From contig DCXM01000006.1 in the NCBI GenBank assembly GCA_002328405.1, positions 595,407-659,406 on the forward strand: a DNA stretch of 64,000 bases, written 5' to 3'. The translations under genes and the position numbers were made by a program. This DNA is from Proteobacteria bacterium UBA2136. GTDB taxonomy: Bacteria > Pseudomonadota > Alphaproteobacteria > UBA2136. This document shows, in pieces, positions 38,463 through 48,186 of this stretch. Under the pieces are notes generated by a model. It searched no databases and was not told where the DNA came from. It worked only from the letters and a program-made list of their open reading frames with translations. Every line of letters starts with the position of its first letter. Within the stretch, counting starts at the first letter, position 1.

Positions 38463-38999
38463 TTAAAGAATGTGGAGACGGGTGAGGAGATACTTATGAA
38501 ACTCCCGCACCAAGAATGAAATGGGCATCCGTTCGGGGAATACAGCCATCGGATGTATGGTTTGGGTTAAGTTGGCACGTTTTAAATAAAGCAAACTGCG
38601 GGGCATGTGGTAGTGGCTGGTGATAACACCCACTTTTTCAAGGTCATTGGCGTTGGCCCATTGTTTGGTCATTTGTGCATTGTCACGGGTGGAGAGGGAT
38701 TTGTAATCCAGCGTGATGTAACTTAAGTTGCTGTCCGTGACCTCTTTTAAAAGGTCATCTTCTTGCACCGCAGGGTGAACACCACTGATAAGCACCGGCA
38801 CGTTTAGGCCATCTTCAAGCAGGGATAACGCTGTTTCAATGCGGTTGCTGCCACCGGTAAAAACCACAACACCGTCCACTTGGCTTGGCAATGGCTTGCT
38901 TTGTTGAGGTAGGAGCATTGCAAACTGAATTAAAAGCACCACATAGCCAAGGGCGGCCACATAACCTGTGAGGGTGAGTGCTTTTAAAATTTTATGCAC
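38463..38999 (-). CDS. DUF218 (YdcF/SanA/ElyC-like) domain protein
   Basis: N-terminal TM then VVVFTGGSNRIETALSLLEDG...LISGV pattern typical of DUF218; overlaps ftsX stop. Confidence 0.55.
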   Translation of the reverse strand: MHKILKALTLTGYVAALGYVVLLIQFAMLLPQQSKPLPSQVDGVVVFTGGSNRIETALSLLEDGLNVPVLISGVHPAVQEDDLLKEVTDSNLSYITLDYKSLSTRDNAQMTKQWANANDLEKVGVITSHYHMPRSLLYLKRANLTQTIHPMAVFPERMPISFLVREFHKYLLTRLHIL

Positions 39000-39852
39000 T
39001 TTTTTGCGCCCTTTGCACCACGCTGTGACTGGTCAACCAAGCGGCGGTTACCGCCACGATAACCAGTGCCACAGGGGTGAGCAAGGCGCCCACATAAACG
39101 TCCTGATTTAAAAATTCTTTAAAGTTAGGGTAACCTTCGCCCATAACATAAAGGGTTAAGCAACCTAAAGCGCTGGCCACAAACCAACCCACCAAACTGC
39201 GCATCAACACTTGGCGCACCACCAATTTGGTGATGAATCCATCGGTTGCGCCGACATATTGCAACACCGCCAAAGCATCCTTTTGGCCACGCAAGCCAGC
39301 TTTAACTGTCAGGGAAACCAAAAGTGCCATCACCGTGAAGAGGATGAGCGCAAAACCAATGGTAGAAGCCTGGGCAAAACGCACACCTTTACTGACCGTG
39401 GTTAAAAGAGAGCGTGCGTCATCAATTTCCGCTTCGGGGAATGTTTGCGCCACTTTAGCGTCAAAAACGTCTCTTTTTAAAGTGTCGTTCACTTTAACAT
39501 CTAAGATGACAGGGAGTGGAAAGTCCCCTTCGTCTTCAAAGTAAGGTGCCAACAACGCTTTGGTGTTTTCCTTCGATTCTTTTTTGACGCTGATCACTCC
39601 TTGCACCATCTCCAACGAGCGGGAGAGCTTTTGGATTTCGCCTGCGTTGCTGTCCGCCAGCAAATAAACGCTGATCTGGCTGCTTTGTTCAAGCTTCCAC
39701 TTGTTGTATAAATTTTCAAGGCCCACCAAGCCACCGCTGCCCACGGCTGAAAGCCAACCCAGTAAAATGGTCATTACCACCAAAAGTTTGAAGACGCTGT
39801 CTTTTTTAAGGCTCAGGGCTTTTTTAGCGCTTTTTGCAAGAGGTTTTAACAT
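38992..39852 (-). CDS. ftsX: Cell division permease FtsX
   Basis: 286 aa, 4 TM segments with large periplasmic loop after TM1; immediately downstream of ftsE (1-nt overlap). Confidence 0.8.
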   Translation of the reverse strand: MLKPLAKSAKKALSLKKDSVFKLLVVMTILLGWLSAVGSGGLVGLENLYNKWKLEQSSQISVYLLADSNAGEIQKLSRSLEMVQGVISVKKESKENTKALLAPYFEDEGDFPLPVILDVKVNDTLKRDVFDAKVAQTFPEAEIDDARSLLTTVSKGVRFAQASTIGFALILFTVMALLVSLTVKAGLRGQKDALAVLQYVGATDGFITKLVVRQVLMRSLVGWFVASALGCLTLYVMGEGYPNFKEFLNQDVYVGALLTPVALVIVAVTAAWLTSHSVVQRAQKSA

Positions 39853-40628
39853 TATGAAGCAACCTTTCCTGTGGGGTCTAAGTTGGGTTTGTTTTGGGGG
39901 TGTGCGTCCACATCCTTCAAGTTTTCGGCAACAATGCGGCCGTTTTTAAGGTAAATGCAAGGGTAGGGGAAGCTGTTGACCAAGTCCTTGTCGTGGGTGG
40001 CCACCACCACCGTGGTGCCGTGCTTGTTCAGCTCGGTAAACAGGTGCATAATGCGCTGACCCATCGCCGCGTCCACGTTCCCTGTCGGTTCGTCCGCCAC
40101 CAAAAGGCGCGGGCGGTTGACCACCGCACGGGCAATGCTCACACGTTGTTTTTCACCGCCACTTAAAAAGCTGGGGTGCTTGTCCAGTTTGTCACCTAAG
40201 CCAACCCAGTCCAAAATTTCATCGACACATTTTTCCTGCTCAAAGGTTAATTTGCCGTGAAGTGAAAGCGGCAGCGACACATTTTCGCGCACGTTTAAAT
40301 GCTCCAGCAGTCTAAAGTCTTGGAAGACAATACCCATACGGCGACGGGTGTGGGCAATTTCGTCCCTTGAAAGCCTTGAAACGTTTTTGTTGAACAGCGT
40401 GACCGAGCCAACGCTTGGCAACAAGTCGCCATACATCATGCGGAAAAGGGTGGTTTTACCAGCGCCAGAAGGACCCGATAGAAAATGAAAAGAACCTTCT
40501 TCAATGTTGAGGTTAATGTCCTTCACGGCTTCAATGTCGGCCGAGCCATCGGTTTTGCGGTATTTAAAAGCCACATGGTTGAAGTTGATCAATTTGCTAT
40601 CCTTTTCACGTCCAAAATAAGTTGGGTG
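39852..40628 (-). CDS. ftsE: Cell division ATP-binding protein FtsE
   Basis: Walker A GPSGAGKTT, ABC signature LSGGEKQRVSIARA, Walker B LLVADEPTGNVD. ORF is open to 40703, but a start near MHPTYFG/LINFNHVAFKY matches FtsE length. Confidence 0.85.
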   Translation of the reverse strand, partial: HPTYFGREKDSKLINFNHVAFKYRKTDGSADIEAVKDINLNIEEGSFHFLSGPSGAGKTTLFRMMYGDLLPSVGSVTLFNKNVSRLSRDEIAHTRRRMGIVFQDFRLLEHLNVRENVSLPLSLHGKLTFEQEKCVDEILDWVGLGDKLDKHPSFLSGGEKQRVSIARAVVNRPRLLVADEPTGNVDAAMGQRIMHLFTELNKHGTTVVVATHDKDLVNSFPYPCIYLKNGRIVAENLKDVDAHPQNKPNLDPTGKVAS

Positions 40629-40787
40629 CATTTTTACATAAAACAGCGCATATTTGCAAGAAGGTGACACCCTAATTGTTGCAATTATCATCATTGGTGG
40701 CATTTTCGTAAAAGTTTATTTGCATCTAACCCTTGGTTGACATAATGTGAAAGAAACTTGCATAGGAAATAGAGTACTCAAAAACCC

Positions 40788-41468
40788 ATGATCATTCGCT
40801 GCCCAAAGTGTAGAACGGCTTATAGCGTCCAAAATGACCAGATTTATGAAGCTGGTCGTTATGTGCGTTGTACCCATTGTGCGCATGTGTGGCACCAAAT
40901 GCCTGTGTTTGAAGCTTTCCGCGCCGAAGTGCCTTTGACCAAAGCACCACTTGCACCCAAAGCAAGGGGTGAAGGAGAAGGTGAAAGTTTAGCGCTTTCC
41001 CGTCAGATGCGTCGCCGTCAAAAAGGCCTTAAGGTGGCGTTTATCAGCACCGCGGTGCTGTTGCTTTCCATTTTAAGTGTGATGCTGCTGGCGCAAAAGT
41101 TTTTTGAGGACATGTTCCCAGCGTCCAAAGGTTTTTATGCGCTCATCGGCTTAAAGTCGGAAGAGGTGGCTAAAACGCAGTCCATCACAGGGTTGGTCAT
41201 TCCAAAGGATCGTATAGAAAGATCCCTCGAAGATGGTGAACCGTTGGTGCTCACTTTTAAAGGCGTTGTCCGCAACATCAACACCGTCAGCGTTTCGGTC
41301 CCGAAAATTATTGTAACCCTGCACGATGATAAAGGTGTGGAAATTGACCGCTGGCCAGCTTATCCAGAAAAATCAAAGCTGAACCCAGGTGAGGAAACAA
41401 AGTGGGTTTGCCGTTTCTTCAACCCAGACTTGGACAGCGTGTTTGAGCACCGTATTCAGTTTAAATAA
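40788..41468 (+). CDS. MJ0042-type zinc-ribbon / DUF3426 membrane protein
   Basis: N-terminal MIIRCPKCRTAYSV...CTHCAHVW zinc ribbon, one TM helix, C-terminal DUF3426-like beta domain; divergent from ftsE. Confidence 0.6.
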   Translation: MIIRCPKCRTAYSVQNDQIYEAGRYVRCTHCAHVWHQMPVFEAFRAEVPLTKAPLAPKARGEGEGESLALSRQMRRRQKGLKVAFISTAVLLLSILSVMLLAQKFFEDMFPASKGFYALIGLKSEEVAKTQSITGLVIPKDRIERSLEDGEPLVLTFKGVVRNINTVSVSVPKIIVTLHDDKGVEIDRWPAYPEKSKLNPGEETKWVCRFFNPDLDSVFEHRIQFK

Positions 41469-41542
41469 TTCACCTTAAAGTAAAAACGTTTGTTGTCAAC
41501 GCCGTGACCTGCGGTTGAATCTCTGTGTGAAATTGTGAAAAA

Positions 41543-41665
41543 TTAAAAGGACTGTGAGTCCATCACCCGGTCGGCTGGTTTTTCAATGGGCGTGCGGTTG
41601 CCGCAAGCCGCCAAAGGCAATAACAGGGTGAGCGCTAAAAGAATTTTGAAAGTTTTTACCTTAAA
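41543..41665 (-). CDS. Possible small lipoprotein (40 aa)
   Basis: Internal Met gives MFKVKTFKILLALTLLLPLAACGNRTPIEK with lipobox LAAC; weak. Confidence 0.3.
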   Translation of the reverse strand, partial: FKVKTFKILLALTLLLPLAACGNRTPIEKPADRVMDSQSF

Positions 41666-41725
41666 CATTTGATGTTCTCGCCTTTGGTTCATATAATATA
41701 AAGCATACTCTATAATAACTTTGAA

Positions 41726-42313
41726 GTGGGCGCAATGCGGCAATTTATTTTCAGTTTAATTTTATCTGCATTCAGTTTTTCGGCCCACGCCCAAGTGATG
41801 GACTTTTACCAAAAGCCGGTGTCAGTGCCCAATTTGGTGTGGCAAACCCCCAAAGGGGAGGATGTTTCCATGGCGCACTTTAAAGGCAAGGTGGTGTTGT
41901 TAAACTTGTGGGCGACATGGTGCAAACCTTGCCAGATTGAAATGCCGGCCTTCAACTTTTTGCAAAGGCGTTACAAACAAGGTGGTTTTGAAGTGGTGGC
42001 TGTTGCCATCAACGACACGCCTGAAAAGGTCAGTGCATTTATTCACCAAAACCGTTTGGATTACATCACCCCGTATGTGGATACCCATCAAATGGTTGGT
42101 CGCGCTTTTGCGCCTAAAGCCATGCCTACCAGTTACCTGATCAACCGAAAAGGTGAGGTAATTGCCGGTAAAGCCGGCCTTTCGGACTGGTTAAGTGCGG
42201 AAATGATGAACTTGATTGAGAGCGAACTGCGCAAGGCGCAAGCGCCGTTTGAACTGCCGAAGGGCATGCAAGTGATTGATCGCAATGACATTCACGGTGG
42301 CATCCGTTTTTAA
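41726..42313 (+). CDS. TlpA/ResA-family periplasmic thiol:disulfide oxidoreductase (thioredoxin fold)
   Basis: Signal peptide; redox motif WATWCKPCQ; 195 aa. Confidence 0.8.
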   Translation: MGAMRQFIFSLILSAFSFSAHAQVMDFYQKPVSVPNLVWQTPKGEDVSMAHFKGKVVLLNLWATWCKPCQIEMPAFNFLQRRYKQGGFEVVAVAINDTPEKVSAFIHQNRLDYITPYVDTHQMVGRAFAPKAMPTSYLINRKGEVIAGKAGLSDWLSAEMMNLIESELRKAQAPFELPKGMQVIDRNDIHGGIRF

Positions 42314-42426
42314 GGTTTAAAAAAACGCTCAAAAGCCCTTGTAAGTCGGTTTTTTGGTGCTTATATAAATGTTAGTAATTTTTGTAACACATTCCCTTTT
42401 CCCCCACTTTTTATGGAGAAACTCTT

Positions 42427-42996
42427 ATGGGTTCAATTGTTTTAACAAAGGCTGAGATGGAACTGCGTCAAAGTTATGGCATGATTTACCAAAAAACAGA
42501 TGTTTCTGTTGTGTTGCCGATGGGATCGTTTAAAGACCCGCAGGCGGTGAAGGACCAGTTTTTAAATGGTGATTCCCAAAATGTGACAGACTTCCGTGAA
42601 GATAACGTTGTTTACTTGATGGAAGAGGAAGACAGCATTGGTCGCCCTTTCATGGGTAGTAATACCCGCTTTACCAAGTTAACAGTCAAGTGTTTACCGC
42701 GTGTGATCAATCAAACAGAGCTGGAAGGTTTTCGTGCCCACGGTGTGAACTTTCAGTTTAACCCTGCATGGGAAAGTTACCGCTCGGGTTTTTATCGCAG
42801 CATTTCAAGTTGTGGAGACCAAGGACGCTTTCTGGATTTGGTGGTGAGTGAGATGGTTTTAAATGCAATAAACTTAAACCCTGATGCCGAAGCTTTTGTG
42901 GTGACCGATATCACCATCACTGTTGAGAACAAGGTTAAATCTCCCCATTATGTGGGTGGTTGTGCCTTGGTGCCTGTTTACGAAAAACTTGACTAA
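42427..42996 (+). CDS. Hypothetical protein
   Basis: 189-aa ORF with protein-like composition, followed by terminator; no motif recognised. Confidence 0.45.
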   Translation: MGSIVLTKAEMELRQSYGMIYQKTDVSVVLPMGSFKDPQAVKDQFLNGDSQNVTDFREDNVVYLMEEEDSIGRPFMGSNTRFTKLTVKCLPRVINQTELEGFRAHGVNFQFNPAWESYRSGFYRSISSCGDQGRFLDLVVSEMVLNAINLNPDAEAFVVTDITITVENKVKSPHYVGGCALVPVYEKLD

Positions 42997-43008
42997 AAGT
43001 GTCAATGT

Positions 43009-43038
43009 AAAAGCCCTCAGGTGAGGGCTTTTTTATTT
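43009..43038. terminator. Rho-independent terminator (bidirectional; shared with truA)
   Basis: aaAGCCCTCAggTGAGGGCTtttttatttc. Confidence 0.6.
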
Positions 43039-43815
43039 CTCGGTGCTGTCAATCACTTCATAACTGCTTGTGTCGTAAATCACTTCCTTAAAATAAAGAC
43101 CTTGCGGGGCAAGGGTTACCCCGCCGTCTTTGCGGTTGCCGGTTTGAAGCATCTTTTTAAATGTATCGGCTGGCAGGTGGCCACGGCCAATGTCCACCGC
43201 AGTGCCGACGGTGATGCGGATCATATTATGCAAAAAGTGGTCGGCCTGAATGTGAAACTTAATCAGGTCACCTTCTTGAACTACTTCAATTTTTTGCATG
43301 TTGCACATGGGGGTGGAGGATTGACATTCCGTGGTGCGAAAAGCGCTAAAGTCATGTTCACCAATCAGGTCTTTTAAGGCGGTTGCCATCAATCCCACAT
43401 CCAATTTAAAGGGAACATGCACCGCATGGTGGCGGTAAATAGCGCTGGGCGCACGGCGGTTGAGGATGTGAAATTCATAAGCACGGGCTTGGGCGCTAAA
43501 ACGGGCGTGGAAATGGTCGCTCACTTCTTCTGCTTTTAAAATGGAGATGCTGTCCGGCGTAAAACGGTTGATGCCGTCCTTAAAAGTGAGTAGGCGGTGC
43601 TTGCACGGCTCCAATTCAAAATGGCAAACTTGGTTGAGGCCGTGGACACCGGCATCGGTTCGCCCAGCGGTGTAAACATTTGGTTTTTGTTGGGTAAGCT
43701 TAAAAATGGCTTCTTCAATGGCACCTTGCACGGTGGGCAAGTTGGGTTGGCGTTGCCAGCCGTAAAATGCACTGCCGTCATATTCAACGGTTAATTTAAT
43801 GCGTCTTGTGGTCAT
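43033..43815 (-). CDS. truA: tRNA pseudouridine(38-40) synthase TruA
   Basis: KLTVEYDGSAFYGWQRQ and catalytic GRTDAGVHG motifs; 260 aa. Confidence 0.9.
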   Translation of the reverse strand: MTTRRIKLTVEYDGSAFYGWQRQPNLPTVQGAIEEAIFKLTQQKPNVYTAGRTDAGVHGLNQVCHFELEPCKHRLLTFKDGINRFTPDSISILKAEEVSDHFHARFSAQARAYEFHILNRRAPSAIYRHHAVHVPFKLDVGLMATALKDLIGEHDFSAFRTTECQSSTPMCNMQKIEVVQEGDLIKFHIQADHFLHNMIRITVGTAVDIGRGHLPADTFKKMLQTGNRKDGGVTLAPQGLYFKEVIYDTSSYEVIDSTEK

Positions 43816-44792
43816 TTAAAAATGTCACCCACTTTAAGGGAGTAGCCGGCGACGAACTCGCTGGCGGGTAGGGCGCGTTTCCCTGACCGTTGCAAAACTT
43901 GCAGGCCAATTATGTCAGTTTTGGTTTGCACCCAAACGGCGGTGCTATCTATGTGCATCACTTGGCCGATTTGGGGTTGGTTTTCGCCGTTTTGCGTTTT
44001 CAATTCGTCCATTATGCACAAAAGCGAATCATCCTTGTTGGTGGTGAGGGTGCTTTTTAACACCTTGATTTCATTGTTATTGTGCGTTGTGGTGGCGCCA
44101 GGCCAAGGTGAAAGGCCACGAATTTTGTTGTGAATTTCCTGTGCGGGTTGTCCAAAGTCAATCGGTCGCAGGGTGGGGAGTTCGGCTGTGGTAAATTTGT
44201 GGGCGTATGTGGTTTCCCCTTGTTGTGGGATGGCTTGGTCATGGTAGTGCGACCAGTTGTTGACCACCTCCAACATCAATTCAGCGCCCGTTTTTTTAAA
44301 TCTATCGTGCAATTCGCCTGCGGTTTCGTCCGCACCGATGGTGTAACTTTTTCGCAAATAAACGGGGCCAGTGTCCAACCCTTTTTCCATCTGCATAATA
44401 CAAATGTCCGTTTTTGTCGCGCCGTGCAAAATGGGGTAATTCATCGGTGCTGCACCACGCCAAAGTGGCAAAGCGGATGGGTGTAAGTTGATGCAAGTGG
44501 CTGAATTGACAAGTCTTTCTGGTAGTATTAGGCCATAAGCAACCACTACGATCAAGTCGGGTTTTTGCGCTAAAATCTTGTCCACCTCTTCAGGGGTTAA
44601 TTTCTCTGGTACGCATACACTTAAATGATGGCCTTGCGCCAGCTGGTGAACAGGCGTCGGCTTGATTTTTTGACCGCGGCCGGCAGGGCGTGGTGGTTGG
44701 CTGTAAACCGCCAAAATTTCATGGTTGCTTTTTACCAGCGCTTCAAGGGTGGGGGTGGCAAAGTCGGGCGAACCCATAAAAATTACTTTCAT
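43812..44792 (-). CDS. fmt: Methionyl-tRNA formyltransferase
   Basis: MKVIFMGSPDFA N-terminus, formyltransferase HPSALPLWRGAAP motif; 326 aa; 4-nt overlap with truA. Confidence 0.9.
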   Translation of the reverse strand: MKVIFMGSPDFATPTLEALVKSNHEILAVYSQPPRPAGRGQKIKPTPVHQLAQGHHLSVCVPEKLTPEEVDKILAQKPDLIVVVAYGLILPERLVNSATCINLHPSALPLWRGAAPMNYPILHGATKTDICIMQMEKGLDTGPVYLRKSYTIGADETAGELHDRFKKTGAELMLEVVNNWSHYHDQAIPQQGETTYAHKFTTAELPTLRPIDFGQPAQEIHNKIRGLSPWPGATTTHNNNEIKVLKSTLTTNKDDSLLCIMDELKTQNGENQPQIGQVMHIDSTAVWVQTKTDIIGLQVLQRSGKRALPASEFVAGYSLKVGDIFK

Positions 44793-44817
44793 AAAATCCG
44801 CCTTTCTTTACAGTAAG

Positions 44818-45363
44818 TTAAAGGGTGTGAGTGTCTTGCCTTTTGTCAAAAGCGCCTTGCTTTTTAAGCTTGTTTAGCTTTTTAACAATCATGTTTTTCT
44901 TCAAGCGGGACAAGTGGTCCACAAACAAAACACCGTTTAAGTGATCAATTTCATGTTGAATGCAAGTGGCGAGCAAGCCTTCGGCTTTAAGGCTTTGTTT
45001 TTGGCCGTTTTCGTCCAAATATTCAACCGTAATTTTTTCTGGGCGCTCCACTTCTTCATAAAAAGTTGGCACCGATAAGCAACCTTCTTGGTAGGTTGAT
45101 AAATCATCACTGCTTTGAGTGATCACGGGGTTGATCAGTTTGATGGGGGCGGGTTCTTCCTCTTCTGGGTTGGCCACGTCCACCACAATCATCCGCTTTA
45201 AAATGCCCACTTGGTTGGCAGCAAGGCCAATGCCGGGTGCCTTGTACATGGTTTCAAGCATGTTGTCCAAGGTTTCACGAATTTCGTCTGTCACTTCTGT
45301 TACATCCTCTGCCTTTTTAGCCAAGGTGGGGTGAGGTGCAACTAAAATATCAAGTAATGCCAT
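44818..45363 (-). CDS. def: Peptide deformylase
   Basis: Motifs GIGLAANQVG, EGCLSVP, QHEIDHLNG; 181 aa. Confidence 0.92.
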   Translation of the reverse strand: MALLDILVAPHPTLAKKAEDVTEVTDEIRETLDNMLETMYKAPGIGLAANQVGILKRMIVVDVANPEEEEPAPIKLINPVITQSSDDLSTYQEGCLSVPTFYEEVERPEKITVEYLDENGQKQSLKAEGLLATCIQHEIDHLNGVLFVDHLSRLKKNMIVKKLNKLKKQGAFDKRQDTHTL

Positions 45364-45449
45364 TTAAATTTCCTTTCATCGAAAACATATGCCAGAAAAG
45401 CCTTTGTTTCAAGTGTGTTTATAGCATAAACTGGTAAAAAAATAAAATT

Positions 45450-47216
45450 TTGGGGTTCTGGATGACTGAAAGCTTGCAAACATTTATCGGTTTAAGTGCT
45501 TTGGTGCTTTTTTATTTTGTGGTGGGCCGTGTGGTGGCAACCCACACATTGTTTGGGCGTTATTTTGCCTCTTCCATTTTATTTAATGTTTTAAGTGCTT
45601 TTTCTATTTGGTTTTTAGCCGCCTTGGTGGCGCTTTTTTTAGGTGTTTCACTGGACGTGATGTGGTGGGTTTATGTGGCGGTGTGCGCGGCTGGGCTTGT
45701 GTTTTCATGGGCGTTCAGGCGTGACGCTTTGCCCAGCGAACACAGCTTCACCTTGCCGTTCGTAAGTTGTTTGTTTTTGATACCGGTGTTCTTTTTCGTG
45801 TGGGCGGATGTGCCTGTTCAAATGCATGAATTGTTAGTGGATTATCCACTCTTTGAATCCCTCAATGCGGGGGCGGTTGGCGCTGTTGCGCCCGTGAATG
45901 GGAATTTAACCGTTGGTTTGTTTTTGTACCCATTATCGACATTTTTAAGTGGTTATGATGCTGTTTTTGCATTGTTCAACGTATTGCTTTTGGCGATGGT
46001 GGCGGATGCGATGATTAAAGTGACAAACTTGCAGGTGCGTTGGTCCAACTTGCCATTGCTTGCGGTGGGTGCTTTGATGGGGTTGTGTGTGTTAAATCCG
46101 TTTATGAATTTGGAAAGTCTTGCATCATTTAACAGTGACCTTTTGTTTGCTGCTGTTTTGTTAACTGTTGTGACCCCGCTTTGCCGTGAAAAACCGTTGC
46201 CTTATGGTTATGGCATTTTCCCCATTGCGGCGTTGCTTGGGGTTTTGGCCGCTGGTTTTGGTGCAGCAGGTTACTTGATGAGCATTGTGGCTGTGGTGGT
46301 TTATGTTCTGCGGTCTCTGGTGGATGATAAACGTTGGTTTGATAGCATTTTTGGCAACGTGGTGGTGGTGTGTGTGCCTTTGATGGCGCATGCAATTTAT
46401 GGCCTTCTTTGGGGTCAGGCAACCATTGTGAGTGCCGAAATCTACACTTTGAATGTGTTTGAAATTTTATGGTTGGTTTTGCTGTTGCTGGTTTTTGTGG
46501 TTCAGTTTATGTCCACTCGTGCCAATTTTTTAGAAGACTTGCTGGTGCGGCAGTCATGGCTGATGGTACCAGTTATATTTGTGGCTGTTGGCGTGGCGGA
46601 TTTATATTTAGGTCAGCACCGCATTACGCCGGAACATTATCAGTTTTTGGCTTTGGTGCCAGTTTGGTTTTTGGCCACGTCATGGTATCAAGGCTCCAAG
46701 TGGCGCAGTTTGGCCTATGACCATCCGTGGGTTTTGGCGCTGGGGCTGGGTGTGGTGTTTGTTTCATTTTCCACCCTGTATGCCGACAGTTTAACCCAAA
46801 GACATGATGACCCAAGCCAGCATACCCTTTTAATTGCGAAAGATATGCAAGAGTCATATGTGGCAAAGGGTGATTCTATCGCTGTTTTGGAACATGGCGT
46901 GCATGACATTGAAGGCTATTACAGTGCGATGTTAAAACACGGCTTAAAAGGTCATCAAGCGCCAGTGTTAAATGTTGATGAATTATTCCGGAAAAGTGTG
47001 AACGATATGGGGCTGTTCCACATGGCTTTGATGAATAATAATTTTCAGTACCTTTGGCTGCACACTCCTGTTGAGGAGGACCGTGCTTGGGTTGGCCGTT
47101 ATTTAAAAGTGGACCGGTCTTATTTATTTGAAGTGACAAGCAAAGGCTTGCGTCTGATTCAAGTTTATCCGCACCCCAGTTACACATATTACAGCTTATC
47201 AAAACCTGCGGATTAG
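45450..47216 (+). CDS. Large polytopic membrane protein (>10 TM helices plus ~150-aa C-terminal soluble domain), function unknown
   Basis: 588 aa, hydrophobic for ~430 residues; possibly a GT-C-like membrane glycosyltransferase but no motif recognised. Confidence 0.5.
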   Translation: MGFWMTESLQTFIGLSALVLFYFVVGRVVATHTLFGRYFASSILFNVLSAFSIWFLAALVALFLGVSLDVMWWVYVAVCAAGLVFSWAFRRDALPSEHSFTLPFVSCLFLIPVFFFVWADVPVQMHELLVDYPLFESLNAGAVGAVAPVNGNLTVGLFLYPLSTFLSGYDAVFALFNVLLLAMVADAMIKVTNLQVRWSNLPLLAVGALMGLCVLNPFMNLESLASFNSDLLFAAVLLTVVTPLCREKPLPYGYGIFPIAALLGVLAAGFGAAGYLMSIVAVVVYVLRSLVDDKRWFDSIFGNVVVVCVPLMAHAIYGLLWGQATIVSAEIYTLNVFEILWLVLLLLVFVVQFMSTRANFLEDLLVRQSWLMVPVIFVAVGVADLYLGQHRITPEHYQFLALVPVWFLATSWYQGSKWRSLAYDHPWVLALGLGVVFVSFSTLYADSLTQRHDDPSQHTLLIAKDMQESYVAKGDSIAVLEHGVHDIEGYYSAMLKHGLKGHQAPVLNVDELFRKSVNDMGLFHMALMNNNFQYLWLHTPVEEDRAWVGRYLKVDRSYLFEVTSKGLRLIQVYPHPSYTYYSLSKPAD

Positions 47217-47354
47217 CCTGTGAGCCGTGGGTTTGGTTTGTTGATAAATTTTTCTTATTGTTAATATAATAACAATATATTTTTTATTTATTTTGAATGT
47301 CTTATACTAATTATAGTGAGTTTGATTGTAAGTAACTAAAAAGGAGTTTGGTCA

Positions 47355-47561
47355 ATGAGATTGATTTTGAAAACAGCTTCTTACGGTGTGTTGCATGTGA
47401 TTGTAGCTATCTCCGTTGCTTACGCTTTAACTGGGAACATGCTGATTGCAGTGGGCATTGGGCTGGTTGAGCCACTGGTGCAAACAGTTGTGTTTTCAGT
47501 GCATGAATGGCTGTGGGAAAGGAAGGCTGTAAAGCTGGCACCCATAAGCCATCAATCCTAA
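47355..47561 (+). CDS. Small membrane protein (DUF2061-like)
   Basis: 68 aa, two hydrophobic helices; the SYGVLHVIVAISVAYALTGN pattern is recalled as DUF2061-like. Confidence 0.4.
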   Translation: MRLILKTASYGVLHVIVAISVAYALTGNMLIAVGIGLVEPLVQTVVFSVHEWLWERKAVKLAPISHQS

Positions 47562-47590
47562 AATTAAATTGAATTAATGAGAGAGAAATA

Positions 47591-48031
47591 ATGAGTCAAA
47601 AAGTTGTTGAGAATTTGAAAAATGTGCTGGCTGATAGCTACGCACTCTATTTGAAAACGCAAAACTACCACTGGAATGTGAAAGGCCCGCATTTCAACTC
47701 GTTGCATTTGCTTTTTGAAGGGCAATATCAAGACCTTGCTGCTTCGATTGATGAAATTGCCGAGCTGATTCGCGCTTTGGGTGAAATTGCACCCGGAACA
47801 TGGAAAGAGTACGAAGCCTTGACTGTGATTAAAGACGGTGATGCAACTCTAAGCGCTGATGAGATGGTGAAAGATTTGGCGGAAGATCAAGAGAAAATTG
47901 TTAAAAACAGTTTGCAAAAAACCTTGGACGCCGCAGAAGAAATTGGCGATGACGTGGTGGTGGATGCCATGGTCGGCCGAATGACGGTTCACCGCAAAAA
48001 CAAATGGATGCTGAACAGCAGCATTGCCTAA
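47591..48031 (+). CDS. dps: Dps-family DNA-binding ferritin-like protein
   Basis: LADSYALYLKTQNYHWNVKGPHFNSLHLLFEGQYQDL ferroxidase-site region typical of Dps; 146 aa. Confidence 0.85.
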   Translation: MSQKVVENLKNVLADSYALYLKTQNYHWNVKGPHFNSLHLLFEGQYQDLAASIDEIAELIRALGEIAPGTWKEYEALTVIKDGDATLSADEMVKDLAEDQEKIVKNSLQKTLDAAEEIGDDVVVDAMVGRMTVHRKNKWMLNSSIA

Positions 48032-48186
48032 AGATTAACCCCTAAGCAACTTACAAACTGGAAGAACCTAGACGAAAGTAAAAGCCGCCTTGTGCGGTTT
48101 TTGTTTTATTTGAAACTGTAGTTAAATTAAGTTATCTTCCGGTTATTAATTTTTCACACTTTACTTTTTTAAAGAGGTTTCCTCTT

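Noticed and set aside
39852-40703. FtsE ORF extended to 283 aa (N-terminal MPPMMIIATIRVSPSCKYALFYVK…)
   Set aside because: The extra ~25 residues are not FtsE-like and would make the protein longer than the family norm; an internal start is more likely, so the feature was shortened.
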